This document shows, piece after piece, positions 8,766-20,628 of a stretch of DNA of 64,000 bases. The stretch's first letter is position 1. Every line of letters begins with the position of its first letter. The translations under genes were made by a program, and so were the position numbers. The stretch is from an uncultured delta proteobacterium (GTDB lineage Bacteria > Desulfobacterota > Deferrimicrobia > Deferrimicrobiales > Deferrimicrobiaceae): contig CAVYRM010000004.1 of assembly GCA_963770975.1 (NCBI GenBank), positions 65,622-129,621 on the forward strand. Direction: 5' to 3'. The notes below the pieces were generated by a model, which was given only the letters and a program-made list of their open reading frames with translations, was not told the DNA's origin and did no database searches.

Positions 8766-9974
8766 ATGCCGAAAAAGCTTCTTCTCGCCGAAGACAGCCT
8801 GACCATCCGGAAGATTTTCGAGCTCGTCCTTTCCCGATCGGACATCGCGGTCACCGCGGTGGACAACGCGGAAGACACGGTGCGCCTGGCCGGAGAAACC
8901 CGTCCGGACCTGGTGGTCGTCGACATCACGCTGCCCGGGAAGAACGGGTACGAGGTGGCGGCGCAGCTCAACGCCTCGGAAGCCACGAGGAAGATCCCGG
9001 TCCTGCTCCTGTCGGGGACTCTCGTTCCCGTCGACGAGGCGCGGCTCAGGGAATGCGGGGCGAAGGACGTCCTGTTCAAGCCGTTCGAGTTCCGGGACCT
9101 GATGGAGAAGATCGCGAACCTCCTTCGCGGGGAGGAGGCCCCCCCGGAGACGCCGTCGGAAGCGCCCCCCCCCGTGGACGAGCATTGGGATTTCAGCGAC
9201 GTCCTGGAGGAAGTCGGGAAAGAGGCGGGGACCGGCGAGGCGTCGGTGACCTCGCCCCCCGCGGCGAAGCCGGCAGGATCCGGAGAGATCCTGCCCGGAG
9301 GGGAGAGCAGCCCCACGATCGAGTTCAACGAATTCGACGTATCCCTCGACGAGATCGAGGGAACCGGGAAGGTCGCATCCGCCGAAACGATCTTCGCGGC
9401 GGTCGAACCCCCCGCGGGCGTCGGTCACATCGAGGGGGATGTCGTGTGCGACGCGCCTCCGCCGGTGACGGACATTTCCCGGGCGCTGGGCGGGGAGGAA
9501 GACGCCGTGGTGTTCGATCTTGTCGAGGAGACGGAATCCCTCCCGCCGGACGTTCCCACCGCCTCCCTGGAGGCGCCCGCCTCCCTGCGGAACCTCCCGG
9601 TCGAATCGTCGGCGCCCGCTCCGGCGCAGGCCGTCGAGGCTCCTTCCGAGCCCCCCCGGGCCGAAGTCGAGGAGTCGCCCCGCGTGCCGTCCGCCATGCC
9701 CCCTCCCGGGGCGCCCGACGAATCCCGCCCCGAGGATGCGGAGCTGCGCAGGTTCTTCGCCGAACGGGCGGGGGAGATCTTCCGCACCGTCGCCCAGGAA
9801 GCGGTGGAGAAGGTGATGTGGGAGATGACGGATCGTCTGGCCACGGAGTTCTCCGCCAGGCTTCGCGAGGCGGTCGAGGGCGTATCGTGGGAGGTGATCC
9901 CCTCCACGGCGGAGGCGCTCATCCGCGAAGAGATCGCCCGAATCCGCGAGCGATCGGGGAAGCCCTCCCCCTGA
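8766..9974 (+). CDS. Response regulator: REC domain + long acidic/Pro-rich linker + conserved helical C-terminal segment (RomR-like architecture)
   Basis: The start MPKKLLLAEDS... is preceded by a G-rich Shine-Dalgarno sequence. REC signature residues are present (ED, DLVVVDITLPG, LLLSGT, FKPF). About 200 aa are rich in E/P/A/S. The C-terminus reads ...VAQEAVEKVMWEMTDRLA...VSWEVIPSTAEALIREEIARI. Confidence 0.8.
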   Translation: MPKKLLLAEDSLTIRKIFELVLSRSDIAVTAVDNAEDTVRLAGETRPDLVVVDITLPGKNGYEVAAQLNASEATRKIPVLLLSGTLVPVDEARLRECGAKDVLFKPFEFRDLMEKIANLLRGEEAPPETPSEAPPPVDEHWDFSDVLEEVGKEAGTGEASVTSPPAAKPAGSGEILPGGESSPTIEFNEFDVSLDEIEGTGKVASAETIFAAVEPPAGVGHIEGDVVCDAPPPVTDISRALGGEEDAVVFDLVEETESLPPDVPTASLEAPASLRNLPVESSAPAPAQAVEAPSEPPRAEVEESPRVPSAMPPPGAPDESRPEDAELRRFFAERAGEIFRTVAQEAVEKVMWEMTDRLATEFSARLREAVEGVSWEVIPSTAEALIREEIARIRERSGKPSP

Positions 9975-10055
9975 ACCGGTAATCCCCCGTCCCGGACGCC
10001 ATGACGGAAACGGCGGGACGGCTGTGCCCGACCGACCCCGGACCTCATTCCCCCG

Positions 10056-12730
<2,675 letters not shown>

Positions 12731-12734
<4 letters not shown>

Positions 12735-13555
12735 TCGCGCGTCACTTATACGAAGGGATCGTGCGGGAGGCGCTTCGGGAGGACGCGCCATTCGGCGATC
12801 CTTTCGGCGAGGCGTTTCACGGACCCGCTTCCGGTGTCTTCCTCGCCGGCGGCCGGGGGGTCTTCTGCGGCGGCCCGGTGGCGGAGGAGGTGTTCCGGCA
12901 GGTCGATCCGTCGGTTTCCGTCTCCTTCCGATCCGAGGGAAGCCGCGTGTCCCCAGGAGACAAGGTGGGGGAGGCATCCGGACCGGCGGGGTCCCTCCTG
13001 CGCGCGGAGCGGGTCGCCCTCAACTTCCTCCAGCGCCTTTCCGGAGTCGCGACCGCCACGTCCCTTTACGCCGAACGGATCGCCGGACACGGCACCCGGT
13101 TGCTCGATACGCGGAAGACCACCCCCCTCCTCCGGGTCCTCGAGAAGTACGCCGTGCGGGTGGGAGGCGGATCGAACCATCGGTTCTCGCTCTCCGACGG
13201 GATCCTCGTCAAGGAGAACGGCATCCGGGCGGCCGGAGGGATCGCCCAGGCCGTGGCCGCCGCGAGGAGCCGTTCGCATCATCTCCTGCGCGTCGAGGTG
13301 GAGGCCGAGACGCTCGAGGAGGCGGAGGCGGCGATCGGGGCGGGGGCGGACGCGGTCCTGCTCGACAACATGCCCCCTTCGACGGTCCGGGAAGCCGTCC
13401 TCCGTTTCGGGGAACGGGTCTTTCTCGAGGCGTCCGGGGGGATCCACCTCGGGAACGTGGAGGAGTACGCCCGCACGGGCGTGGCGGCCGTCGCCGTCGG
13501 GTCGATCACGCACTCCGCGCCGGCCCTCGACATCTCCTTCGAACTCTCCGCGTGA
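12731..13555 (+). CDS. nadC: Nicotinate-nucleotide pyrophosphorylase (quinolinate phosphoribosyltransferase)
   Basis: The GTG start overlaps the valS stop (GTGA). Diagnostic segments are ...LLRAERVALNFLQRLSGVAT...LLDTRKTTPLLR...[27 protein letters not shown]-like...LLDNM. Confidence 0.9.
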
Positions 13556-14181
13556 GACCCGGCACCCCCATTCTTCTCTGGATCGCGTTCCTGCTTCCCG
13601 CCGCGGCGTACGCGGCCGACGGATTCAGGATCTTCGAGTCCACCGTCGCCTCGGTGAACGGCGAGGTCCTCTTCCTTTCCGACGTGGAGAGGGAGGCGTG
13701 CTTCCGCCGGTGCGCCGCCTTGCCGGGATCCTCGGAGGAGATCCTCTCGCTGCGGGAGACGCGCGATCGGCTGATCCTCGACACGCTGGCCCTTCAGGAA
13801 CAGCGGAAGCTCCTGCTGGGGACGGTGGACAACGCCACGCTCGATCCGTACGCCCGGGAGGCCGATTCCCGCATGGAGGCCTGCACGTCCTCCTGCAAGC
13901 GCGGCATTTCCCGGGGGGAAACCCGGGAGTGGCTCCGCCGGAAACTTCTCCTGCGCGATTTTTTCAACCGGCGGGTCACCGTCTTCGTGGAGATCAAGGA
14001 CGAGGACGTGACGAAGGAATTCGAACGACGGAAGGCCGAGGCCGGCGGCGGACCGGCCCCCGACAGGGAACAGGTCCGGGACGAGATGTACGAAGCCCGG
14101 GTCGCTCAGGAGATCCGAAACTGGGAAACCCGCGCCGCATCGAAATCGAGGATCGTGCTGTCCCCGATGGAGGAGCGATGA
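13552..14181 (+). CDS. Secreted SurA-N-terminal-like domain protein with twin EAC-x3-C motifs (hypothetical)
   Basis: GTGA overlap with nadC. The signal peptide is MRPGTPILLWIAFLLPAAAYA|AD. A SurA_N-like segment VASVNGEVLFLSDVE follows. Cysteines sit at C50/C54 and C111/C115. Confidence 0.55.
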   Translation: MRPGTPILLWIAFLLPAAAYAADGFRIFESTVASVNGEVLFLSDVEREACFRRCAALPGSSEEILSLRETRDRLILDTLALQEQRKLLLGTVDNATLDPYAREADSRMEACTSSCKRGISRGETREWLRRKLLLRDFFNRRVTVFVEIKDEDVTKEFERRKAEAGGGPAPDREQVRDEMYEARVAQEIRNWETRAASKSRIVLSPMEER

Positions 14182-14561
14182 GCGGCGGCATGTACGCGTT
14201 GACCGTGAGATCGACCTTCGCGGCGGCCCATCGCCTGCGGGAATACGACGGGAACTGCGAGCGTCTGCACGGGCACAACTGGCAGGTGGAGGTCACGGTG
14301 GAATCGTCCGTTCTCGACGGGCGGGGGATCGCCGTCGATTTCCGGACGATCAAGTGGTCGTTGAACGAACTGCTCTCGCGGTTCGACCACAGGTACATGA
14401 ACGAGGTCCCGCCGTTCGACGCCCTCAACCCGTCGTCGGAGAACCTTGCGCGCCACCTCTACGAGGAGATGGGGAGATCGGTCCCCCCTCCCGCGCGCGT
14501 CGCGCGCGTGACCGTGTGGGAATCGGACGATGCCCGCGCGGAGTACTCCCGGCCCGGCTGA
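14178..14561 (+). CDS. queD: 6-carboxy-5,6,7,8-tetrahydropterin synthase
   Basis: ATGA overlap with the upstream gene. Diagnostic segments are FAAAHRLREYDGNCERLHGHNWQVEV and NPSSENLARHLY. Confidence 0.9.
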   Translation: MSGGMYALTVRSTFAAAHRLREYDGNCERLHGHNWQVEVTVESSVLDGRGIAVDFRTIKWSLNELLSRFDHRYMNEVPPFDALNPSSENLARHLYEEMGRSVPPPARVARVTVWESDDARAEYSRPG

Positions 14562-14570
14562 AGGAAGCGC

Positions 14571-14771
14571 CTACCGTTTCGCCGCCACGGATTCGTTCAG
14601 GCTTTTCAGGAGTTCGGAAGGGTCTATCCCGTGGACCTTCGCGCCGTGCTCGAGGTTTTCATACTCCGACAACTGGCACTGGGCACAATCGATGCCGAAC
14701 CGTTTGAAGACCGGGATCGTCTCCGGGTATTGCCGGAGCACTTCCTCGATCTTCATCTCCTTCCGGATCAT
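14571..14771 (-). CDS. DUF1858-type small redox-disulfide protein (hybrid-cluster-protein-associated family)
   Basis: This is a 66-aa ORF. It reads MKIEEVLRQYPETIPVFKRFGIDCAQC...LEHGAKVHGIDPSELLKSLN. It lies 30 nt downstream of mqnA on the same strand. Confidence 0.65.
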   Translation of the reverse strand: MIRKEMKIEEVLRQYPETIPVFKRFGIDCAQCQLSEYENLEHGAKVHGIDPSELLKSLNESVAAKR

Positions 14772-14801
14772 CGGGTCTCCTTCGGGGGGTGATTCCTCAT
14801 T

Positions 14802-15656
14802 CTAACATGGGGTTTCCCGGTCGATTTGGAGGAATCGGAGGGGGGGCGCCGAGGGGATCCGGCCGATCTTCGCCGCCAGCGAATAGAACAGGGCAAGCCC
14901 CTCGGCCTCCTCGCCGAGGTCGTAGGAGAGGGAGCGCCAGTACGCCTCCCGGAATTCGGAGGGGATCCAGTCCGGGCCCCCCCACGGGTACTCGCCCCTG
15001 CGGATCGAGGCCTGGGCGGACCGCTTCGAACGCACCAGGGCGGCGGCGAACCGGGAGAGGGGCCCCCTGCGCTCCTCCCAGGAAGCACGGGCGGCGATCC
15101 ACAGCGCGAACACGAATGGTTTCCCCGTCTCCCTCCACCACCACTCCCCGAGGTCGGTGACGTGCCGCGCCACGCCGCACACGACCGCCCGGATCGCCTC
15201 GTCGCCGATCACGAGGTGGGCCGGGTAACGGCGCAGGGCCTCCTCGGGAGGCAGCTCCGTCCGCACCAGGGTGTTCCCGCGCCCCATCGACTCGCGGAGG
15301 AGGATCTCGAGAAGGGCGACCGAGGTGTCCGAGTTCCCCGTGACCGCGATCGGGTCGGGGGGCAGCTCCCGGAGGGGGCCGTTCGAAAGGAGAAGGACGC
15401 TCATCACGCGGCGCCGGCAGGAGATGGAGATGTCGGGGCAAAGGAGGTACCGGTCCGGCCGCACGGCGTATTCGATGGAGGAGGAGGGGGACAGGTCGAG
15501 ATCCCCTTCCCGGAGCTTCCGGTTCAGCTCCGAGGGGTGCCCGTCGACGAACGAGACCCCTTCCTCCGCCCCCGGGAGCCCGAGCCCGTGGAAGATGGGA
15601 AGGAGATTGGCGTACGGGATCCGCCCGACGCGCAGGACCTGGGGGTTGCCGGTCAT
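14802..15656 (-). CDS. mqnA: Chorismate dehydratase MqnA (futalosine menaquinone pathway, VitK2_biosynth family)
   Basis: The ATG start overlaps the stop of the permease gene (ATGA). Diagnostic segments are LRVGRIPYANLLPIFHGL...PSELNRKLREGDLDLSPSSSIEY...MSVLLLS. Confidence 0.75.
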   Translation of the reverse strand: MTGNPQVLRVGRIPYANLLPIFHGLGLPGAEEGVSFVDGHPSELNRKLREGDLDLSPSSSIEYAVRPDRYLLCPDISISCRRRVMSVLLLSNGPLRELPPDPIAVTGNSDTSVALLEILLRESMGRGNTLVRTELPPEEALRRYPAHLVIGDEAIRAVVCGVARHVTDLGEWWWRETGKPFVFALWIAARASWEERRGPLSRFAAALVRSKRSAQASIRRGEYPWGGPDWIPSEFREAYWRSLSYDLGEEAEGLALFYSLAAKIGRIPSAPPLRFLQIDRETPC

Positions 15657-16858
15657 TCGTATCTCAGCGCCTCGATCGGGTTGAGGGATGCCGCCTTCTT
15701 CGCGGGGTACACACCGAAGAATACACCGACGAACGCGGAGAAGGTGAACGAGAGGAGGATGGACCACGCCGGGACGGAGACGGGGAGCTTCGGGACGAAG
15801 AACCGGAGGGCTCCCGCGCCCGCGACTCCCAGGAGGATCCCGCCGATCCCGCCGGCGGCGGAAAGGGTGGTGGACTCGAAGAGGAACTGGAGGAGGATGT
15901 CCCTGTTCCGCGCCCCGACCGCCTTCCGGATCCCGATCTCGTTGGTCCGCTCCTTGACGGTCACCAGCATGATGTTCATGATCCCGATCCCCCCCACCAG
16001 GAGGGAGATCGCGGCGATTCCGCCGAGCACGTACGTGAGCGTGTCGAGGATGGTGAAGAGGGAGGAGAGGATGGCCGCCTGGTTCGTGACGGTGAAGTCC
16101 TCGTTCCGGTTGTGGGCATGCTTCAGGAGGGACCTCGCCAGCTCCTTCGCGCTGTCGATGTCGTTCTTGTTCCGGACGGAGATCAGGATCTCGAACAACC
16201 CTTCGAGGTCGAACAGTTCCTGGGCGGTCCGCACGGGGACGAACACGAGGTCGTCGATGTCGATCCCGAGGCTGATTCCCTTCCGTTCCATGATCCCCAC
16301 GACGCGAAAGATGGTGCCTGCGATCTTCACCGTCTGCCCGAGCGCGTTGGCGTTCCCGAACAGCTCGTTCTTCACGGTTCGCCCGAGGACGCAGACCCGA
16401 CGCCGTGCGTCCACGTCCGCCTCCGTCAGGAACGCGCCGATCTCCACGTGGAGGTTCCGGACGTCCGAAAACTCCGGTGTGACCCCGAGGATCGACACGT
16501 TCCTGGAACGGTTCCGGTACCGCACCTCCGCGGTGCCGAAGACCACCGGCGCGACCCCGCCGAAGAGATATCCCTTCTTCTCCAGGATCCGCGAGTCGGT
16601 CAAGGTGAGCTTGTGCCGGACGGACCCGATGATCGGCGGACCCCCCTTCGTCTCGATCTTTCCCGGGGTGATGATCAGGATGTTGCTCCCCAGTCCGGCG
16701 AACTGTTCCTCCACGTAATTCTTCGTCCCCTGGCCGAGCGAAACGAGCAGGATGACCGCCGCGACCCCGATGATCACGCCGAGCATCGTGAGGGCCGACC
16801 GCAGCCGGTTGGTCCGGAGGGAATCGATCGCCACCTCGACGAAGTCGATCCGCGTCAT
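15653..16858 (-). CDS. ABC transporter permease, MacB/FtsX family
   Basis: The N-terminal TM segment reads LRSALTMLGVIIGVAAVILLVSLG. A periplasmic MacB_PCD-like domain follows. The C-terminal FtsX region has TMs including EIGIRKAVGAR. Confidence 0.88.
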   Translation of the reverse strand: MTRIDFVEVAIDSLRTNRLRSALTMLGVIIGVAAVILLVSLGQGTKNYVEEQFAGLGSNILIITPGKIETKGGPPIIGSVRHKLTLTDSRILEKKGYLFGGVAPVVFGTAEVRYRNRSRNVSILGVTPEFSDVRNLHVEIGAFLTEADVDARRRVCVLGRTVKNELFGNANALGQTVKIAGTIFRVVGIMERKGISLGIDIDDLVFVPVRTAQELFDLEGLFEILISVRNKNDIDSAKELARSLLKHAHNRNEDFTVTNQAAILSSLFTILDTLTYVLGGIAAISLLVGGIGIMNIMLVTVKERTNEIGIRKAVGARNRDILLQFLFESTTLSAAGGIGGILLGVAGAGALRFFVPKLPVSVPAWSILLSFTFSAFVGVFFGVYPAKKAASLNPIEALRYE

Positions 16859-17571
16859 CCCCGGATCTCCCGGAACCTGTCGGCGGACACGAGCATCCCG
16901 TCGACGATGTAGACGGTCCTGCGCGCCCTCCGCGCGATCGCCGGATCGTGGGTCACGAGGACGACGGTGACCCCCGATTCGTTCAGACCGGAAAAGATCT
17001 CCATCAGTTCCTCGCCGGACCGCGTGTCGAGGTTTCCCGTGGGCTCGTCCGCGAGCAGCAGCGACGGGCGGTTCACCAGGGCCCGCGCGATCGCCACCCG
17101 CTGCTTCTGTCCGCCGGAGAGCTCGTTGGTGAGGTGCCCCTTGCGGTCCTCGAGCCCGACCGACCGCAGCGCCTCCAGGGCGCGGCGGGACCGCTCTTCC
17201 CGCGGGAGGCCGGCGTAGACCAGCGGCAGCTCCACGTTCCGGAGAGCGGTGTAGCGGGGAAGGAGGTGGAACACCTGGAAGACGAAGCCGATCTCGCTGT
17301 TGCGCATCGCCGACAACTCGTCGGCGGAGAGCCCGGACACGGACGTCCCCTTGATCTCGTAGGTCCCCGAGGTCGGGACGTCGAGGCAGCCCAGGATGTT
17401 CATGAGGGTCGACTTCCCCGATCCCGAGGGCCCCATCACCGCGAGGAACTCCCCCGCGCGGATCGAAAGGTCCACGTCGGAGAGCCCGACGACCTTCCCG
17501 GCCCCGGCCTCGTAGATCTTGTTCACCCCCCGCATGCGGAGGAGGACGTCACTGCCGGCTTCGGATCCCAA
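16855..17571 (-). CDS. ABC transporter ATP-binding protein (MacB/LolD type)
   Basis: Walker A is GPSGSGKST, the signature is LSGGQKQR and Walker B is LLLADEPT. ATGA overlap with the permease gene. The TTG start at 17571 is uncertain; ATG 17535 is the alternative. Confidence 0.9.
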   Translation of the reverse strand: MGSEAGSDVLLRMRGVNKIYEAGAGKVVGLSDVDLSIRAGEFLAVMGPSGSGKSTLMNILGCLDVPTSGTYEIKGTSVSGLSADELSAMRNSEIGFVFQVFHLLPRYTALRNVELPLVYAGLPREERSRRALEALRSVGLEDRKGHLTNELSGGQKQRVAIARALVNRPSLLLADEPTGNLDTRSGEELMEIFSGLNESGVTVVLVTHDPAIARRARRTVYIVDGMLVSADRFREIRG

Positions 17572-18814
17572 CGCGGCTCCCGGGGACGAGGTCCTTGATC
17601 TCCAGCGAAGTGATCACGTCCTCTCCGCCGGAAACCCCTGAACGGACTTCCGTGCGGTCCCAGTTCGAAATTCCCGTCGTCAGGTCCCGGCGAACGACGC
17701 GGCCCTCCGTGACGACATAGACGAACTTCTTCCCGTCCCGCTCCATCACCGCGGGGGAAGGAACCGACAGGACGTTGTCCCTGCCTCCCGTGAGAACCTC
17801 TACGTCCACGGACATCCCGAGGCGGAGGGTCCGCGGGGAGGAGGTGGGGGCGATCGAGATCGTGTTCGCCCGGGAAACTTCCTTGGAAGCCTCCACGGTC
17901 GGCCGGACCTCGGAGACGCGGCCCGCGAAATTCTCCTCCCGGTACGCTTCCGGGATCAGCCGCACGGTCTGGCCGACCCGGACCTTGGCGGCGTCCGCCT
18001 CGTCGATCTGCGCCTCGATGTAGGCCGACGAGGGGTCCGCGAGGACGAACAGCGCCCCGCCGGGAAGCTTGCTCTCCCCGATCTCGCACGTTTTCTTCGT
18101 GATCACGCCCGAAAACGGGGCCGTGATCGTCAGTTTCGCGCGGTGAGCCGTCAAGGCCGCCGCACGCGCCCGTGCCGCTTCGTTTCTCCCGCGCAACACG
18201 TCGATTTCCCGGTCCATCGCCCGGAGCGTCGAATCCCCGGCGGCGGCGATCCGCTCGTCTTCCCGGGCGTTCGCAAGCTGCGTCTCCGCGGTCTCGAATT
18301 CGGAACGGGGGAGGAACCCTTCCCGGAACAGTTCCGACGCCCGCCGCTGGTCGTCGGCCGCCTTCCGCAGGTTGTTCGCCGCCCGCGCCTTCTCCCCCCG
18401 GACCCGGAGGGTCGTCTCCTCCCGCTTCGCCGCCGCCTGGAGGAGAGCGTCCCGTGCCTGTCCTTCCTCGGCCTGCGCCGCTTCCAGCTGTTTCGCCACT
18501 TCGGGGTCGACGATCCGGGCGAGCACGTCGCCGCGGCGAACGGCGGATCCCTCGCGGACCCGCACCTCCTGCACCCGTCCGCCCGTCTCGGTGGAAAGGA
18601 CGGACTCGAGGTTGGACTTCACGGTACCGGCGGAGACCGCCGAGGTGATCTCCTCGATGCGGCCGGTCCGGACCCGGTAGACGTCCACGGGGATCCTGCC
18701 GGAGAAAAGCTGGTAGGCGGCCGCGCCGGAGACGGCGATCACCGCCAGGACGGCGGGAAGGAGCCATCGCTTCTTCCGCCATTTGTCCGGGGTCATCGGG
18801 TCGGTCCTGTTCAT
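17549..18814 (-). CDS. Efflux transporter periplasmic adaptor (HlyD/MacA family)
   Basis: An N-terminal anchor (WLLPAVLAVIAVSGAAAY) is followed by a coiled-coil hairpin region and a beta-barrel C-terminus. It is the first gene of the minus-strand operon. Confidence 0.82.
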   Translation of the reverse strand: MNRTDPMTPDKWRKKRWLLPAVLAVIAVSGAAAYQLFSGRIPVDVYRVRTGRIEEITSAVSAGTVKSNLESVLSTETGGRVQEVRVREGSAVRRGDVLARIVDPEVAKQLEAAQAEEGQARDALLQAAAKREETTLRVRGEKARAANNLRKAADDQRRASELFREGFLPRSEFETAETQLANAREDERIAAAGDSTLRAMDREIDVLRGRNEAARARAAALTAHRAKLTITAPFSGVITKKTCEIGESKLPGGALFVLADPSSAYIEAQIDEADAAKVRVGQTVRLIPEAYREENFAGRVSEVRPTVEASKEVSRANTISIAPTSSPRTLRLGMSVDVEVLTGGRDNVLSVPSPAVMERDGKKFVYVVTEGRVVRRDLTTGISNWDRTEVRSGVSGGEDVITSLEIKDLVPGSRVGIRSRQ

Positions 18815-18872
18815 GCCTTGGGATTAATTTCAGTCTACCACGCTCTCCCGGGGCGAAGACGATGCCGGCGCC

Positions 18873-18901
18873 TTGACGAGCGGGCCCGAAATCTCAATAA
18901 T
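18873..18901 (+). promoter_or_regulatory. Sigma70-like promoter for fba
   Basis: TTGACG (18873-18878), a 17-nt spacer, then AATAAT (18896-18901). The predicted TSS is about 18908. Confidence 0.5.
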
Positions 18902-18929
18902 GAGGGAGCCAATCCCGATGGAGGCCCCC

Positions 18930-20018
18930 ATGAGCTACGAAGCGATCAGGCAGCATATCCCGGAGAATGCCGCGAAGTCGATTCCGCCGGGGAATCCCGC
19001 GTGCCCGATCAACGGTCGCGATGTCTACCGCACGCTGGCGTCGCGCGAAACGATCGTGATGGCGTGCAATATACGGATTCCGCTGGTCATCCCCGGGATC
19101 ATGCGGGCGGCGAAGGAACTGGATGCCGTGGTCGCGTTCGAGCTGGCGAAATCGGAAGGGGACCTCAAGGGCGGCTACACGGGGATGACGCCGGAGATCT
19201 TCGTGAAGACGATCATCGCGGCGGCGAAGAAAGCGAACTTCGACACGCCGTTCGTCATCCACGGCGACCACATCACGGTGAAGAACACCACGGAAGCGGA
19301 AATCGAGGGAGCGCGGGCCCTGATCGCCGCCGAACTCGCCGCCGGCTACACCAGCTTCGCCATCGACGCGTCGTTCAACGAGATCCCCGACAACGCGCGG
19401 ATCACCCGGAGCCTTGCGGGACCGATCGCGGAACGCGGTCTCGGGCTCGAGGTGGAGGTCGGGGAGATCAAGTCGGTCGGGACCGAGGCGCACCTGTCCA
19501 CCGTCCCGGAGGCGGTGGAGCTCCTGGAGTTGCTGGCCGCGGCGGGAATCCACCCGGACCTGCTGGCGATCAACAACGGCTCCAAGCACGGGAACTACCT
19601 CGAGGGAGAGAAGATCTCGATCGACCTCGAGCGGACCGGAGAGATCTATCGCGCGATCCACGACCGCTTCGGGGCATCCATCGCACAGCACGGAATCACG
19701 GGGACGCCGCTCCACCTGATCGGGAAGTTCGCGGAATACGGGATCCGCAAGGGGAACGTCGGGACCCAGTGGCAGAACATCGCCCACGCGGGGCTCCCGC
19801 CCGAGCTGATGGGGAAGATGAGGGAGTGGGCCAAGGGCGCCGGCAAGGATATCAAGTTCGCCACGAAGCAGTTCAAGTCCGAGATCGATAACGTCCCCGC
19901 CGCGTTCGCGGAGAAGATCGAAAAAGCGGCGTACGAGGAGGCGAAGCAGCTCTTCCAGGCGTTCCGCGCCCCCGGGACGGCCGGCATCGTCGCCGGGGCG
20001 CTCGCCGCCCAGGCGTAG
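18930..20018 (+). CDS. fba: Class II fructose-bisphosphate aldolase family protein
   Basis: Diagnostic segments are FVIHGDHITV, YTSFAIDAS, LEVEVGEI and INNGSKHGNY. ATG 18930 has GGAGG 5 nt upstream. Alternatives are 18918/18900. Confidence 0.8.
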   Translation: MSYEAIRQHIPENAAKSIPPGNPACPINGRDVYRTLASRETIVMACNIRIPLVIPGIMRAAKELDAVVAFELAKSEGDLKGGYTGMTPEIFVKTIIAAAKKANFDTPFVIHGDHITVKNTTEAEIEGARALIAAELAAGYTSFAIDASFNEIPDNARITRSLAGPIAERGLGLEVEVGEIKSVGTEAHLSTVPEAVELLELLAAAGIHPDLLAINNGSKHGNYLEGEKISIDLERTGEIYRAIHDRFGASIAQHGITGTPLHLIGKFAEYGIRKGNVGTQWQNIAHAGLPPELMGKMREWAKGAGKDIKFATKQFKSEIDNVPAAFAEKIEKAAYEEAKQLFQAFRAPGTAGIVAGALAAQA

Positions 20019-20031
20019 ATCTCCCGAACGG

Positions 20032-20628
20032 GTGCGCGTCGTCGCGGGGAAGTGGGGGGGGCGGACGATCCGTGCCCCGAAGGGCCTGTCCGTTCGGCCC
20101 ACCACCGACCGCGTACGGGAAGCGGTGTTCGCGATGCTCGGGGACGACGTGGCGGGGAGCGTCGTGCTCGACCTGTTCGCCGGCACGGGCGCGATGGCGA
20201 TCGAATCGCTTTCCCGCGGCGCGGCCGAGGCCGTCCTCGTGGAATCCTCGCCCGCCGCGATCGCGGTCCTGAAGGGGAACCTGGCGGCGATCCCGGTGGA
20301 AGGCGCGGTGTGCCTCCCGATCGACTACCGGGAGGCGATCCGGCTCCTCTCGTCGAAAGGGAAGACCTTCACGCTCGTCTTCCTCGACCCCCCGTACGGC
20401 AAGGGGTTGGTCGGCCGGTCGGCGGAGATGCTTTCCCGTTCCGGCATCCTGGCCGCCGGCGCGGTGGTGGTGGCGGAGCGGGCCTCCAGGGACCCGGACG
20501 AAACGCTACCGCCGGGGTGGCTGGAGCGGGCCGACCGGCGGTACGGCGATACGCGGATAACCATGTACGACATCCCGGATCCCCGCGGACAGGCGCCGTC
20601 GGGCGGGCGGGAACAGGAGAAACGATGA
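20032..20628 (+). CDS. rsmD: 16S rRNA (guanine966-N2)-methyltransferase
   Basis: Diagnostic segments are VVAGKWGGRTIRAPKGLSVRPTTDRVREAVFAML, LDLFAGTGAMAIESLSRGA and FLDPPY. Confidence 0.88.
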   Translation: MRVVAGKWGGRTIRAPKGLSVRPTTDRVREAVFAMLGDDVAGSVVLDLFAGTGAMAIESLSRGAAEAVLVESSPAAIAVLKGNLAAIPVEGAVCLPIDYREAIRLLSSKGKTFTLVFLDPPYGKGLVGRSAEMLSRSGILAAGAVVVAERASRDPDETLPPGWLERADRRYGDTRITMYDIPDPRGQAPSGGREQEKR

